Assembly: GCA_007376295.1 (NCBI GenBank)
Contig: VMGB01000003.1
Location: 137,106 to 182,119, forward strand
DNA length: 45,014 bases
Direction of reading: 5' to 3'
Source: Parcubacteria group bacterium Gr01-1014_13
GTDB lineage: Bacteria; Patescibacteriota; Patescibacteriia; Magasanikbacterales; GWA2-37-8
Below the pieces are notes generated by a model. That model was given only the letters and a program-made list of their open reading frames with translations. It was not told the origin of the DNA and made no database searches. The translations under genes were made by a program, and so were the position numbers. Below are positions 8,005-16,801 of the stretch, piece after piece. Position 1 is the first letter of the stretch, and every line of letters begins with the position of its first letter.

Positions 8005-9879
8005 TTAGGACCGATGCTTTTTTTTAATGAGCTTACCATCTTCGGCTTCAGGTTCTGGAATATCCAAGAAATCTTCGATCGCTTTATGCGTTGTCTGTGG
8101 CGTAATGCCATGCTTCTTGTTATATGCCAACTGTTTTTCTCTGCGTCTCTCCACTTCGGCCATGGCTCGTTTCATCGAGCCAGTAATCGTATCGGCATAC
8201 AATACAACTTTACCGGCCACATTACGCGCCGCGCGGCCCATAGTCTGCATCAGCGATTCTTCGCTGCGTAAAAATCCTTCTCTATCAGCATCCATAATGG
8301 CTACAAATGTAACTTCGGGCAGATCCAAACCTTCACGCAACAAATTCACACCGATCAACACATTAAACTTTCCGCGCCGAAAATCCGTAAGAATTTCTGT
8401 CCTCTGCAAAGTCTTTATATCCGAATGCAAATAATTTACGGTATAATTTTTTCTCAGTAAAAATTCATTTAATTCTTCAGCCATTTTTTTAGTCAGCACA
8501 TTCACAATCGCTCTCTCACCTTTTTTTACAATCTGGTCAATCTCTTTCATCAAATCATCTACCTGGCCTTTATTGGTTTTTTTATCAAACACTGGTCGTA
8601 CTTCTATCGGCGGATCAATTAGACCGGTAGGACGAATAACCTGTTCGGCAATTTGTGAAGATTTTTTTATCTCAAAATCACCGGGCGTGGCTGAAGTGAA
8701 AATAACTTGGCCAACTCTTTTCTCAAATTCATCAAAGCGTAATGGACGGTTGTCCAAGGCCGAAGGCAGTCTCCAGCCATACTGTGCCAAAACTTGTTTG
8801 CGGCTTTGGTCACCGGCATACATGCCGCGCACCTGCGGCAAACCAATATGCGATTCGTCCATGATAGTAAGAAAATCCGGCTTACCATCTTTCCAAGGAA
8901 AATATGCCAGCAAAGTATCTGGTGCTTCGCCAGCTAATTTACCGGCCAAATGACGGGAGTAATTTTCAATACCATGACAAAAACCCAAAGTCTTCAACAT
9001 TTCCATATCATATTTAGTGCGGCGTTCCAGTCTTTCCTCTTCCAAATACAATTCTTTTTTCTTAAAATAATCCAAACGTTCTTTTAGTTCTTTTTTTATT
9101 TCCTTCAGCGCTTCTTTCATTTGCGGTTCGGAAGAAATAAAATGCTTGACTGGAAAAATTACAGCTTCGTTTAATTTTTCTTTTACTGTTCGGGTTAAAA
9201 CATTCACAATATTAATTTCACTAATTTTTTGGTCAACAATTTCTATACGGTAAGCAATATTTTCCGAAGCCGGCATTATTTCAAACACATCGCCGCGCGC
9301 GCGGAATTTACCTCGCTCCAATGCTCCGGGCGTACGGGTAAATTGAATTTTGACCAGTTGGCGCATCAAATCTCCACGCACAATCGGCTGACCCACACTT
9401 AAATTTATCGCCGATTCAAAATAATTGCTCGGCACACCCAAATTGTAAATACAAGAAACCGAAGCCACAATAATTACATCTTTACGCGACATCAAAGCAC
9501 TGGTGGCCTGGTGACGCAAGCGATCTATTTCTTGATTGATCATCGCTTCCTTCTCTATGTATGTATCGCTGGTCGGCATGTAGGCTTCCGGCTGATAGTA
9601 GTCATAGTAGGAGACAAAATAATTTACCGAATTTTCCGGAAAGAAATTTTTGTATTCACGGTACAACTGCGCAGCCAAAGCTTTATTTGGCGCCATTACC
9701 AAAACCGACTTATTAAATTGGGTAATAACATTGGCCATGGAAAAAGTTTTACCCGATCCGGTAACGCCAAGTAAAGTCTGGTAACGATTGCCTTTTTTTA
9801 GGCCGTTTACCAGCTTTTCTATAGCCTGGGGTTGATCCCCGGCTGGTTTGAATTTTGATTTTAGTTTAAATAAAGACAT
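8005..9879 (-). CDS. uvrB: excinuclease ABC subunit B lacking the C-terminal UVR domain
   Basis: FKPAGDQPQAIEKLV, Walker A GVTGSGKTF, DESH box (MDESHIG), and helicase motifs through GRAARN. 624 aa, ending about 20 aa after GITPQT. Confidence 0.95.
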   Translation of the reverse strand: MSLFKLKSKFKPAGDQPQAIEKLVNGLKKGNRYQTLLGVTGSGKTFSMANVITQFNKSVLVMAPNKALAAQLYREYKNFFPENSVNYFVSYYDYYQPEAYMPTSDTYIEKEAMINQEIDRLRHQATSALMSRKDVIIVASVSCIYNLGVPSNYFESAINLSVGQPIVRGDLMRQLVKIQFTRTPGALERGKFRARGDVFEIMPASENIAYRIEIVDQKISEINIVNVLTRTVKEKLNEAVIFPVKHFISSEPQMKEALKEIKKELKERLDYFKKKELYLEEERLERRTKYDMEMLKTLGFCHGIENYSRHLAGKLAGEAPDTLLAYFPWKDGKPDFLTIMDESHIGLPQVRGMYAGDQSRKQVLAQYGWRLPSALDNRPLRFDEFEKRVGQVIFTSATPGDFEIKKSSQIAEQVIRPTGLIDPPIEVRPVFDKKTNKGQVDDLMKEIDQIVKKGERAIVNVLTKKMAEELNEFLLRKNYTVNYLHSDIKTLQRTEILTDFRRGKFNVLIGVNLLREGLDLPEVTFVAIMDADREGFLRSEESLMQTMGRAARNVAGKVVLYADTITGSMKRAMAEVERRREKQLAYNKKHGITPQTTHKAIEDFLDIPEPEAEDGKLIKKKHRS

Positions 9880-9944
9880 AAATAAATACGCAAAATCCCC
9901 GGTTTCCCGGGTTGTATAGGGGGTATGATGACTGATTTAGGTGG

Positions 9945-9969
9945 GTTTGTCAATGTTACATTGACAAAC
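9945..9969. promoter_or_regulatory. 25-bp perfect palindrome GTTTGTCAATG-tta-CATTGACAAAC (back-to-back TTGACA -35 boxes, or an operator)
   Basis: 11-bp arms that are perfectly complementary. The right arm gives TTGACA-N17-TATTTT for the plus-strand gene at 10032. The left arm points a TTGACA toward uvrB. Confidence 0.6.
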
Positions 9970-10031
9970 CGGTCCAAGCCTGCTATTTTACACCCAACAT
10001 CAAGCCTGCGGGTTTGAGAAAGGCAAAATAA

Positions 10032-10433
10032 ATGCTCACTGCAATCCTGGTAGCTGTAGGTATTATCGCCTACTTGAATATCGGTTACTGGTGGGGAAAT
10101 ATTTCTTGGAGAATTTGGCGCACCCGAAAACGGTCTTTGACTGCTATGCTCTGTTTTCCCATAAATTATAGCTTGGACAAGATTGGAGATGAAGAATGGA
10201 AACCAAACCCAGATTATCCGCTTACTCAGGTTATTGCCCGTGAATTCCAGCCGTTGATAGCTGTTTTTAATAGCCAATCTTTTTATGCCATAACGATGAC
10301 ATTTGTCTGGCCATTAAAGTTGGTTTGGAACGTTCCCGTCCTTATTGGTTTTATTGGCTGGAAAGTAATCAAAACAACCCCTGGAATAATTATATACCCT
10401 GCCTCTAAATTATTGCCCAAAGAAAAAATATAG
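10032..10433 (+). CDS. two-TM membrane protein, paralog family member 1 (133 aa)
   Basis: N-terminal helix and the motifs GIIAYLNIGYWWG, LCFP and WPLKLVWN align with the gene at 11590. Promoter, 5'UTR and terminator are shared with that gene. Confidence 0.6.
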   Translation: MLTAILVAVGIIAYLNIGYWWGNISWRIWRTRKRSLTAMLCFPINYSLDKIGDEEWKPNPDYPLTQVIAREFQPLIAVFNSQSFYAITMTFVWPLKLVWNVPVLIGFIGWKVIKTTPGIIIYPASKLLPKEKI

Positions 10434-10448
10434 GCCACTTATAATCCG

Positions 10449-10475
10449 CCGACGCAACAATGCGCCGGTTTTTTT
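10449..10475 (+). terminator. intrinsic terminator (CCGaCGCA-acaa-TGCGcCGG plus T7)
   Basis: Hairpin followed by TTTTTTT. The same stem sequence is reused at 12172-12201. Confidence 0.65.
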
Positions 10476-10544
10476 ATATAACTTTTTCAGAACAAAAAAA
10501 TCCTGCCGAGTAATACTCTGGCAGGAACAAACCTCCAAAACTTA

Positions 10545-11453
10545 TTATTGATATTTATACATCAGCAACTCACCTAGTTTCCGCAGGCGTGCTGCCCCGG
10601 TCTTGGTGCTACCACCCTCCAAATCACGTTCCATGAATGAGGGAAGTTTATCGCCATGATACCTTGCCGAAGCAATACCCCAGGCAATGGCTGCTACTGA
10701 ATCTGTATCGCCACCCCACTTGATAACTTGTCTCAAAATTCCCATCAAGGAATTTTCTTGAGCCAGGACAGTCACCACTGCCTGTACAGTCGCAATTGCA
10801 ACTGAAGTTCCTGGTGAGGCCTTTACAGGCCCGCAAGGCCATGGCCGAAAAATAGCGTCTCCAAAGTACCTCACATCTTCTTCTGGCAAATATCGTTGGC
10901 AGAACCTGCCCAAACCCGGGAGAACAGTATTTTCATAAAGAGCAAAATGGCTCATTAGCGCCACCGCGCGGGCGCTGAATCGCCCTTCAGGTGTGTCGTG
11001 TGTAATAGAAGCTTGAAGTGTAGCCACTTCCAATACCTTCCCCACTGTCGGCAAAACCCCAATCGGCACTGCGCGCATAGCCGCACCATTCTTTACTGAG
11101 GTTGGATCGATAAGCGCGAGTAGTTCCTTGCCGCTACGCACGAGTTCCAGAACAGTCTGAAATCCCTTGGAGTACCCTTTACGACGTCCGCCAGTCTTAA
11201 ACTCGGCAACATATGCGTCGGCAAATGCTAGCTTAGTAAAGAACCCGGGTTGTTGAATTAATACCAGGGCATTGGCCACCGACATTTCCGTGTCATCGGT
11301 ATATGAACCAGCGGGAAGACCGTGGGTCGGATGAGCCAGATACCCTTGGAACTCTAAACACTTACCCTCTAATGCATTGTTGTACTCTACTGCTACGGCA
11401 TAAGCATCGGCCATAGCGATATATAGCAACATGTTCGGATTACTGAAACGCAT
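10545..11453 (-). CDS. ADP-ribosylglycohydrolase (ARH/DraG) family protein
   Basis: SYTDDTEMS and GGDTDSVAAIAWGIASA motifs typical of the binuclear-metal ARH fold, plus AMRAVPIG. AGGAG SD 6 nt upstream. 302 aa. Confidence 0.85.
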   Translation of the reverse strand: MRFSNPNMLLYIAMADAYAVAVEYNNALEGKCLEFQGYLAHPTHGLPAGSYTDDTEMSVANALVLIQQPGFFTKLAFADAYVAEFKTGGRRKGYSKGFQTVLELVRSGKELLALIDPTSVKNGAAMRAVPIGVLPTVGKVLEVATLQASITHDTPEGRFSARAVALMSHFALYENTVLPGLGRFCQRYLPEEDVRYFGDAIFRPWPCGPVKASPGTSVAIATVQAVVTVLAQENSLMGILRQVIKWGGDTDSVAAIAWGIASARYHGDKLPSFMERDLEGGSTKTGAARLRKLGELLMYKYQ

Positions 11454-11506
11454 GAACTGCTCCTTTGGTTGTTATTTCTATCTGCACCCTACCTTGATTT
11501 AGAGCT

Positions 11507-11531
11507 GTTTGTCAATGGATTATTGACAAAC
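11507..11531. promoter_or_regulatory. 25-bp palindrome GTTTGTCAAT-ggatt-ATTGACAAAC, second copy of the element at 9945
   Basis: 10-bp perfect arms. The right arm gives TTGACA-N17-TATTTT for the gene at 11590. The left arm faces the divergent ARH gene. Flanking TGATTTAG is also conserved with copy 1. Confidence 0.6.
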
Positions 11532-11589
11532 TAGCCTAAACCTGGTATTTTAAGGCCAACTTCGGACCAATCACGGTTCGAGAAAGGCA

Positions 11590-12153
11590 ATGAACATGCT
11601 CGCACTTTACATCGCTCTGGGTATCATCGTTTACCTGAATACCGGATATTGGGGGGGCCATCTCTCTCGAAAAATTTGGGGTAAAGAAAAAAGATCTTTT
11701 GGAGGATTCCTCTGTTTCCCAGCATCTTTTTGTAAAAACTGTATTGGAAACAAGCGTGCGTGGAACACCTCGTCGGGAAACAATTTGATGTTGGTAACTG
11801 AAGAGGATTACGAAAAAATACTGGCGGTAGCATGGCCAATCAAGCTGGTACTGAACTTGATCGTAATTATCTCTATTGGCACATATTGTACCGTCAAAAC
11901 CGGCTTCACCCTCGTTACTAACCCGTTTGCCTTCTTCCCCAAGAGGAAACCAAAAGAACTCCTAGCCGCACCTCTCCCGGCCGCACCGCCAGCCGAACCA
12001 ACTCTAATCCAGTCCGACTCCTACTCGGAATCAAAGCATGACGAGTACCAACGCATCTTGACGCGGCATAACCAAGACGCAGTCCGTCTAAAAGAACTGG
12101 AATCTAAATTCCAAAAAGAAAACAAGGTTATACATCTACCAAAACGGATGTAG
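11590..12153 (+). CDS. two-TM membrane protein, paralog family member 2, with a Pro/Ala linker and a charged helical tail
   Basis: Aligns with the gene at 10032 (GIIVYLNTGYWGG, LCFP, WPIKLVLN). The ATG at 11596 aligns with the start of paralog 1 and may be the true start. Contains a G7 run at 11651-11657. Confidence 0.6.
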   Translation: MNMLALYIALGIIVYLNTGYWGGHLSRKIWGKEKRSFGGFLCFPASFCKNCIGNKRAWNTSSGNNLMLVTEEDYEKILAVAWPIKLVLNLIVIISIGTYCTVKTGFTLVTNPFAFFPKRKPKELLAAPLPAAPPAEPTLIQSDSYSESKHDEYQRILTRHNQDAVRLKELESKFQKENKVIHLPKRM

Positions 12154-12171
12154 AATCAAACTAACCAACTC

Positions 12172-12201
12172 TCCGACGCAACCCCAATGCGCCGGTTTTT
12201 T
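12172..12201 (+). terminator. intrinsic terminator (CCGaCGCA-accccaa-TGCGcCGG plus T7)
   Basis: Same stem as the terminator at 10449-10475, followed by TTTTTTT. Confidence 0.65.
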
Positions 12202-12316
12202 TATCACATTTTCCCCTTGCATGATTCCCAATAAAATGATAAAATATTGGTATATTTCAAGCAGTATTTCACCCCTAATTTAGGCGGTGATTTAATTAAA
12301 AAATGACTATTAAATT

Positions 12317-12931
12317 ATGCATATAAGCTGGCTAGGGCAGACCTGCATCAAACTGCAAACAAAAAATTTAGATAAAGATGTTACAATAATACTTGACGCC
12401 TACAAACCAAAAACCGGAGAATTTCCTCGTAGCTTTAGTCCGGACGTAGCCCTATTTTCATCTGGTTCAGAAAACGCAGCCACACTTTCCCAAGATCCTT
12501 TTGTGGTAGATTCTTTGGGTGAAGTAGAAGTAAAAAACGTAATGATCTATGCCATACCAGGCTCCGAAGGCAGTGTGATTTACAAACTAAACGGTGAAAG
12601 TTTAAATCTGGTTCATTTGGGCAGATTAAAAAAACCACTTGATAATTCCGAAATGGAAAAAATTCTTTCTCCGGATGTTTTATTTATTCCTGTTGGCGGC
12701 GGCGCAAATTACCTTAGCGCTAAAGATGCAGCGGCAATGGCTACAGCGCTCGAACCGCGGGTAATAATCCCAATCGGATATAATTGCGACACCGATCCTG
12801 ATGCCGCTCCAGTCTCCGCCTTTGTAAAAGAACTGGGCTTAAAACCAGAAGCCACAGAGAAAAAAGTTATTATCAAGAAAAAAGATTTACCACAAGAAGA
12901 AACAAAATTAATTGTTTTAGAAAAAGAATAA
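12317..12931 (+). CDS. MBL-fold (Lactamase_B_3 / UPF0173-like) protein with a degenerate metal-binding motif
   Basis: MHISWLGQTCIKLQT start and overall layout resemble the small MBL-fold hydrolases. The position where HxHxDH is expected reads ALFSSGSEN. TTGCAT-N17-TAAAAT promoter at about 12216-12244. Confidence 0.55.
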   Translation: MHISWLGQTCIKLQTKNLDKDVTIILDAYKPKTGEFPRSFSPDVALFSSGSENAATLSQDPFVVDSLGEVEVKNVMIYAIPGSEGSVIYKLNGESLNLVHLGRLKKPLDNSEMEKILSPDVLFIPVGGGANYLSAKDAAAMATALEPRVIIPIGYNCDTDPDAAPVSAFVKELGLKPEATEKKVIIKKKDLPQEETKLIVLEKE

Positions 12932-12940
12932 GTTGGTTTT

Positions 12941-13348
12941 ATGCCTAGGAGGAAAAAAATCGTAATCAAAGAAAATGAAACTTTACGCTTGCCTCCAGAA
13001 AATCAAAAAGCAAAAATGTGGCTTTGGATTGGGGTAAGCGCTATTAGCGCCATCATTCTAGTGATGTGGGGTTGGGCTACCAGCATCAGCCTTTCCTCGT
13101 TTAGTTGGGCAAAGACTCCGGAAAAAAAATTAATTGAAAACAGCAAAAATGATTGGAACGAACTTTTTAACAACGAACAAGAAAAGATAAAAAACGAACA
13201 ACTGAAATTACAGGTCAAACATATATTAACTACACTTATTGCCGAGGCAAACTCCAGCACTGCTAGCACCTCGACAACTGGCACAGCGACTACAACAACA
13301 ATAACAATAACAAATAGTTCGACTCCTTCAACAAGTTCTCACCACTAA
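12941..13348 (+). CDS. single-pass membrane protein with a Ser/Thr-rich tail
   Basis: Basic N-terminus, TM helix (MWLWIGVSAISAIILVMWGW), and a low-complexity STASTSTTGTATTTTITITN tail. Confidence 0.5.
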   Translation: MPRRKKIVIKENETLRLPPENQKAKMWLWIGVSAISAIILVMWGWATSISLSSFSWAKTPEKKLIENSKNDWNELFNNEQEKIKNEQLKLQVKHILTTLIAEANSSTASTSTTGTATTTTITITNSSTPSTSSHH

Positions 13349-13358
13349 TGAATTACAT

Positions 13359-15824
13359 ATGCAAGAAAAAATAGAATTACCTGGTCAAGAAATTGGTTTA
13401 ATCACGCCAGCATCGCTCGTAGATGAAATGCAAAAATCATATCTGGAATATGCGATGAGCGTAATTGTTTCTCGTGCTTTGCCAGATGTCCGCGATGGCT
13501 TGAAGCCGGTACATCGCCGCGTGCTTTATGCGATGTGGAATATCGGTCTGCGCCACACTGCCAAATTTCGTAAATCTGCCCACGTAATCGGTGAGGTGAT
13601 GGCTAAATACCATCCGCACGGCGATGCTTCCATCTATGATGCCATGGTACGTATGGCCCAAGACTTTTCCATGCGCTACCCACTAGTACATGGCCAGGGA
13701 AACTTTGGTTCCATGGATGGCGACAATGCCGCGGCCATGCGTTATACCGAAGCCAAACTTACCGCCGTAGCTGAAGAGATGTTGTTTGATATTGAAAAAG
13801 ATACCGTTAATTTTATACCCAACTATGATGGTTCCCACGAAGAACCGACCGTTTTACCCTCTAAGCTACCAAACCTGCTCCTAAACGGTACTATGGGCAT
13901 TGCTGTGGGTATGGCGACCTCTATTCCTCCTCACAACCTGTCCGAGCTCTGTGATGGCCTAGCCAAGCTTATAGCTGAACCAGATGCCACCGTCGAAGAC
14001 CTGGCCAACATAATCAAAGGCCCAGACTTCCCTACCGGCGGTATTATCTACAACAAAAGAGATATCCTTACAGCCTACTCCACCGGTAAAGGCGGCATTG
14101 TGATGCGCGCTAAAGCGGAAATCCAAGAAGGTAAATCCGATCAATTCAAAATTGTTATTACCGAAGTTCCCTACAGCACCAATAAAGCCACCTTGGTGGA
14201 AAAAATTGCCGATCTGGTACAAGAGAAAAAAATCGAAGGCATCAGAGACTTACGCGACGAATCCAACAAAGATGGCGTCCGTGTGGTTGTTGATCTCAAA
14301 AAAGATGCTTATCCAAAAAAAGTTCTAAACAAACTATTCCAGATGACGGAACTGCAAACCACTTTCCATGTAAACATGTTGGCATTGGTAGACGGCATTC
14401 AACCGCGAGTGCTGACGATAAAAAATGTTTTGGAAGAATTTATCAAACACCGCCAAGTAATTATTAAACGCCGCACTGAATTTGATTTGAATAAAGCCAA
14501 GGACCGCGCCCATATTTTAGAGGGCTTGAGCATGGCGTTAGATAAAATTGATTTAATTATCAAAACTATTCGTGCTTCCAAAGACAAAGAGGAAGCCAAA
14601 GAAAATTTAATATCTAAATTTAAATTCACTGACCGACAAGCAGTCGCTATTTTAGAAATGAAACTGCAACAACTGGCTAACTTGGAACGACAGAAAATAG
14701 AGGATGAATTAAAAGAGAAAATGGCTTTAATAAAAGAATTGGAATCTATTTTGGCTTCTAAAACAAAGATAATGAAAATTATTGCTGATGAAACATTGGC
14801 TATAAAAGAAAAATACGGCCAAGACAGACGTACCCAAATTGTGGCTGGCGGTATAAAAGAATTTACTACTGAAGATTTAATTCCAAACGAAGCTACTATT
14901 ATCATGGTAACTTCTGATGGGTATATCAAACGCTTGCCTCCGGATACTTTCCACCAGCAATCACGTGGTGGGAAAGGTGTTATCGGTACTGCCACCAGAG
15001 AAGAAGAAAGTGTAGAAAATCTGGTAGCCACCAACACTCACGATAATATATTATTCTTCACCAATCGTGGCCGTGTCTTCCAGCTAATGGCCTATGATAT
15101 TCCCCAAGCCAGCCGCACTGCCAAAGGCCAGGCGATGATAAACTTTTTGCAACTTGCCCCGAATGAAAAAGTCACGGCGCTTTTGGGAATGAATGATCTA
15201 AGCAAAGTAAAATATCTAGTCATGACTACCACTCGAGGCAATATCAAAAAAACCGCTTTGGAAGATTTCGCCAACGTACGCCGCAGCGGGTTAATTGCGA
15301 TAAAATTAAAGCCTGATGATAATTTGGAATGGGTAAAACCGAGTGATGGGAGTGACGAAATTATGATTGCCACCAAACAAGGCCAAGCAATTCGCTTCAA
15401 AGAAAAAGATGTTCGTGAAATGGGACGCACAGCCAGTGGTGTGCGCGGTATGCGCCTAAAAAACGGAGACGAAGTGATTGGTATGGATATTGTGGATCCA
15501 AAAAATAAAAGCCTAGCATTCCTCACTGTTGGCGAAAACGGTGTCGGCAAACGCACCGAACTGGATGAATATAAAGTGCAAGGACGAGGCGGTAGCGGTA
15601 TCAAAACTGCCGAAATCACTGCCAAAACCGGCAACCTTACTTTTGCCAAAGTGGTAGATGCGGTAGAAGCAAAAGAAAAAGACCTGCTTATTATGTCCGC
15701 CAAAGGCCAGGTGATCCGCCTGCCGTTTGGATCAATTAACTCTTCCGGCCGAGCTACTCAAGGTGTACGCCTGATGAGATTTAAAGAAGAAGGTGATAAG
15801 GTTTCGAGTGTGACATTGATGTAA
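13359..15824 (+). CDS. gyrA: DNA gyrase subunit A
   Basis: [42 protein letters not shown] (catalytic Tyr), and C-terminal beta-pinwheel repeats. 821 aa. Confidence 0.97.
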   Translation: MQEKIELPGQEIGLITPASLVDEMQKSYLEYAMSVIVSRALPDVRDGLKPVHRRVLYAMWNIGLRHTAKFRKSAHVIGEVMAKYHPHGDASIYDAMVRMAQDFSMRYPLVHGQGNFGSMDGDNAAAMRYTEAKLTAVAEEMLFDIEKDTVNFIPNYDGSHEEPTVLPSKLPNLLLNGTMGIAVGMATSIPPHNLSELCDGLAKLIAEPDATVEDLANIIKGPDFPTGGIIYNKRDILTAYSTGKGGIVMRAKAEIQEGKSDQFKIVITEVPYSTNKATLVEKIADLVQEKKIEGIRDLRDESNKDGVRVVVDLKKDAYPKKVLNKLFQMTELQTTFHVNMLALVDGIQPRVLTIKNVLEEFIKHRQVIIKRRTEFDLNKAKDRAHILEGLSMALDKIDLIIKTIRASKDKEEAKENLISKFKFTDRQAVAILEMKLQQLANLERQKIEDELKEKMALIKELESILASKTKIMKIIADETLAIKEKYGQDRRTQIVAGGIKEFTTEDLIPNEATIIMVTSDGYIKRLPPDTFHQQSRGGKGVIGTATREEESVENLVATNTHDNILFFTNRGRVFQLMAYDIPQASRTAKGQAMINFLQLAPNEKVTALLGMNDLSKVKYLVMTTTRGNIKKTALEDFANVRRSGLIAIKLKPDDNLEWVKPSDGSDEIMIATKQGQAIRFKEKDVREMGRTASGVRGMRLKNGDEVIGMDIVDPKNKSLAFLTVGENGVGKRTELDEYKVQGRGGSGIKTAEITAKTGNLTFAKVVDAVEAKEKDLLIMSAKGQVIRLPFGSINSSGRATQGVRLMRFKEEGDKVSSVTLM

Positions 15825-15848
15825 AAATAATAATAGATAAGCAAAAAA

Positions 15849-15872
15849 ACAGCCAATAAAGGCTGTTTTTTT
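15849..15872 (+). terminator. gyrA intrinsic terminator
   Basis: ACAGCC-aataaa-GGCTGT followed by T7 and preceded by an A7 run, so it is potentially bidirectional. Confidence 0.7.
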
Positions 15873-15897
15873 AGCTAATAATAAGGTACAGGGGGGG

Positions 15898-15926
15898 TTG
15901 ACAAACGAACTATTTTATAGTATACT
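15898..15926 (+). promoter_or_regulatory. sigma70-type promoter TTGACA-N17-TATACT for the GC-rich orphan gene
   Basis: Near-consensus boxes in AT-rich DNA, immediately preceded by a G7 run (15891-15897). AGAGGAGAA SD at 15956-15964. Confidence 0.6.
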
Positions 15927-15970
15927 TGTTTATTGCTCTTTTTATCAACCCAAGCTAGAGGAGAACTGCG

Positions 15971-16750
15971 ATGATGACCAAGACCGAATTGCTTTCCCGT
16001 CTCAAGAGGATCCGCCAGAGTGAGTGTCGGACGCGTGGACTGTTCACGCTGATCCAGATGTTCATCCACTACTTCAAGGACGCCAGCGTTCCGGAGTACG
16101 ATGGATTGGGCATCTTCCACTTTCTCCCCAAGCACCTCGCGCGCGCCGTCGAGATCCTGCGGACCAGCAAGGACCTCAAGATCGAGGCATTCCGCCAGGC
16201 GTACTACAACGAGATGCAGCGGGAAGAGGAGATTCCGAGTCTGACCGAAATCGAGTTCGGTGGGGTAGGACGCACTCTCACCTGCCACACACTCAGCACT
16301 GACTTGCCGAAACTTCTGCTCGGCGAGGAGTGCGCCTGGCTCGAGAAGGACATGTACGCCTACTTCACTTCCCAGGACACGATCGTGAAGCAGATGATCG
16401 ACCGCTTCGATCTCGAGGTCTACCAGGGGGGGCTCTGCACCATCATCGACGAGTGCAAGACTCGTGGCATGACTGGCACGTTCGGCAAGACATCGCTTCG
16501 TAGCTACGTCATGGCCGGCCGCGTCATGCTCACGCTCGCGCGTCCGCGCAAGGACTCTGAGGTGGAGCACAGCGTCTCGTTCGTCGGCGAAGACGGCAAG
16601 ACGTCGGAGCCTCGCTTCGGCATCCAGTCGTTCCACGCCAACCTCACAACGACCCTCAGCATGTTCGAGGAGGTGATCAACAACTGGCCCAAGAATAACA
16701 AGGAGCAGAAGAAGATCTACAAAGCCGACAAGGAAGTCGGCATGGGATGA
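15971..16750 (+). CDS. hypothetical protein (259 aa) in a compositionally foreign, GC3-rich gene
   Basis: Codons are overwhelmingly G/C-ending (CTC, AAG, ATC, TTC, GAG, CGC), unlike the flanking genes. Promoter, SD and terminator all fit the plus strand. No domain recognised. Contains a G7 run at 16426-16432. Confidence 0.6.
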   Translation: MMTKTELLSRLKRIRQSECRTRGLFTLIQMFIHYFKDASVPEYDGLGIFHFLPKHLARAVEILRTSKDLKIEAFRQAYYNEMQREEEIPSLTEIEFGGVGRTLTCHTLSTDLPKLLLGEECAWLEKDMYAYFTSQDTIVKQMIDRFDLEVYQGGLCTIIDECKTRGMTGTFGKTSLRSYVMAGRVMLTLARPRKDSEVEHSVSFVGEDGKTSEPRFGIQSFHANLTTTLSMFEEVINNWPKNNKEQKKIYKADKEVGMG

Positions 16751-16801
16751 TCTGACCGCAACTACCGCAAAATGCAGTGGTGGTCGATCTTTCATAAGGC
16801 C

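Noticed and set aside
9880-10031. Strand-switch point with a large palindrome as a possible replication origin
   Set aside because: There is no cluster of DnaA boxes. Only isolated one-mismatch TTATCCACA-like sites occur elsewhere (about 3528, 7985, 36048). There is no dnaA or dnaN nearby, and the palindrome is duplicated at 11507 in a clearly promoter-like context.
9861-10277. 138-aa minus-strand ORF spanning the uvrB start, the palindrome and membrane paralog 1
   Set aside because: It overlaps the uvrB start codon and runs through a promoter/palindrome region. The plus-strand gene has a conserved paralog and conserved signals, whereas this ORF has none.
13437-15703. Long antisense ORFs inside gyrA (13437-13661, 13959-14222, 14399-15037, 15092-15703), plus many similar antisense ORFs inside uvrA, uvrB, asnS, the ribosomal genes and the 1013-aa gene
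   Set aside because: Each lies entirely within a confidently identified gene on the opposite strand. Their translations are low-complexity with no start signals. They are frame shadows, not genes.
15875-16795. 306-aa minus-strand ORF covering the whole GC-rich segment
   Set aside because: It is a typical shadow ORF of a GC3-rich gene, rich in Ala, Arg, Leu, Val and His. It has no SD or promoter on that strand. The plus-strand ORF has a promoter, an SD, GC3-biased codons and a terminator in the correct orientation.
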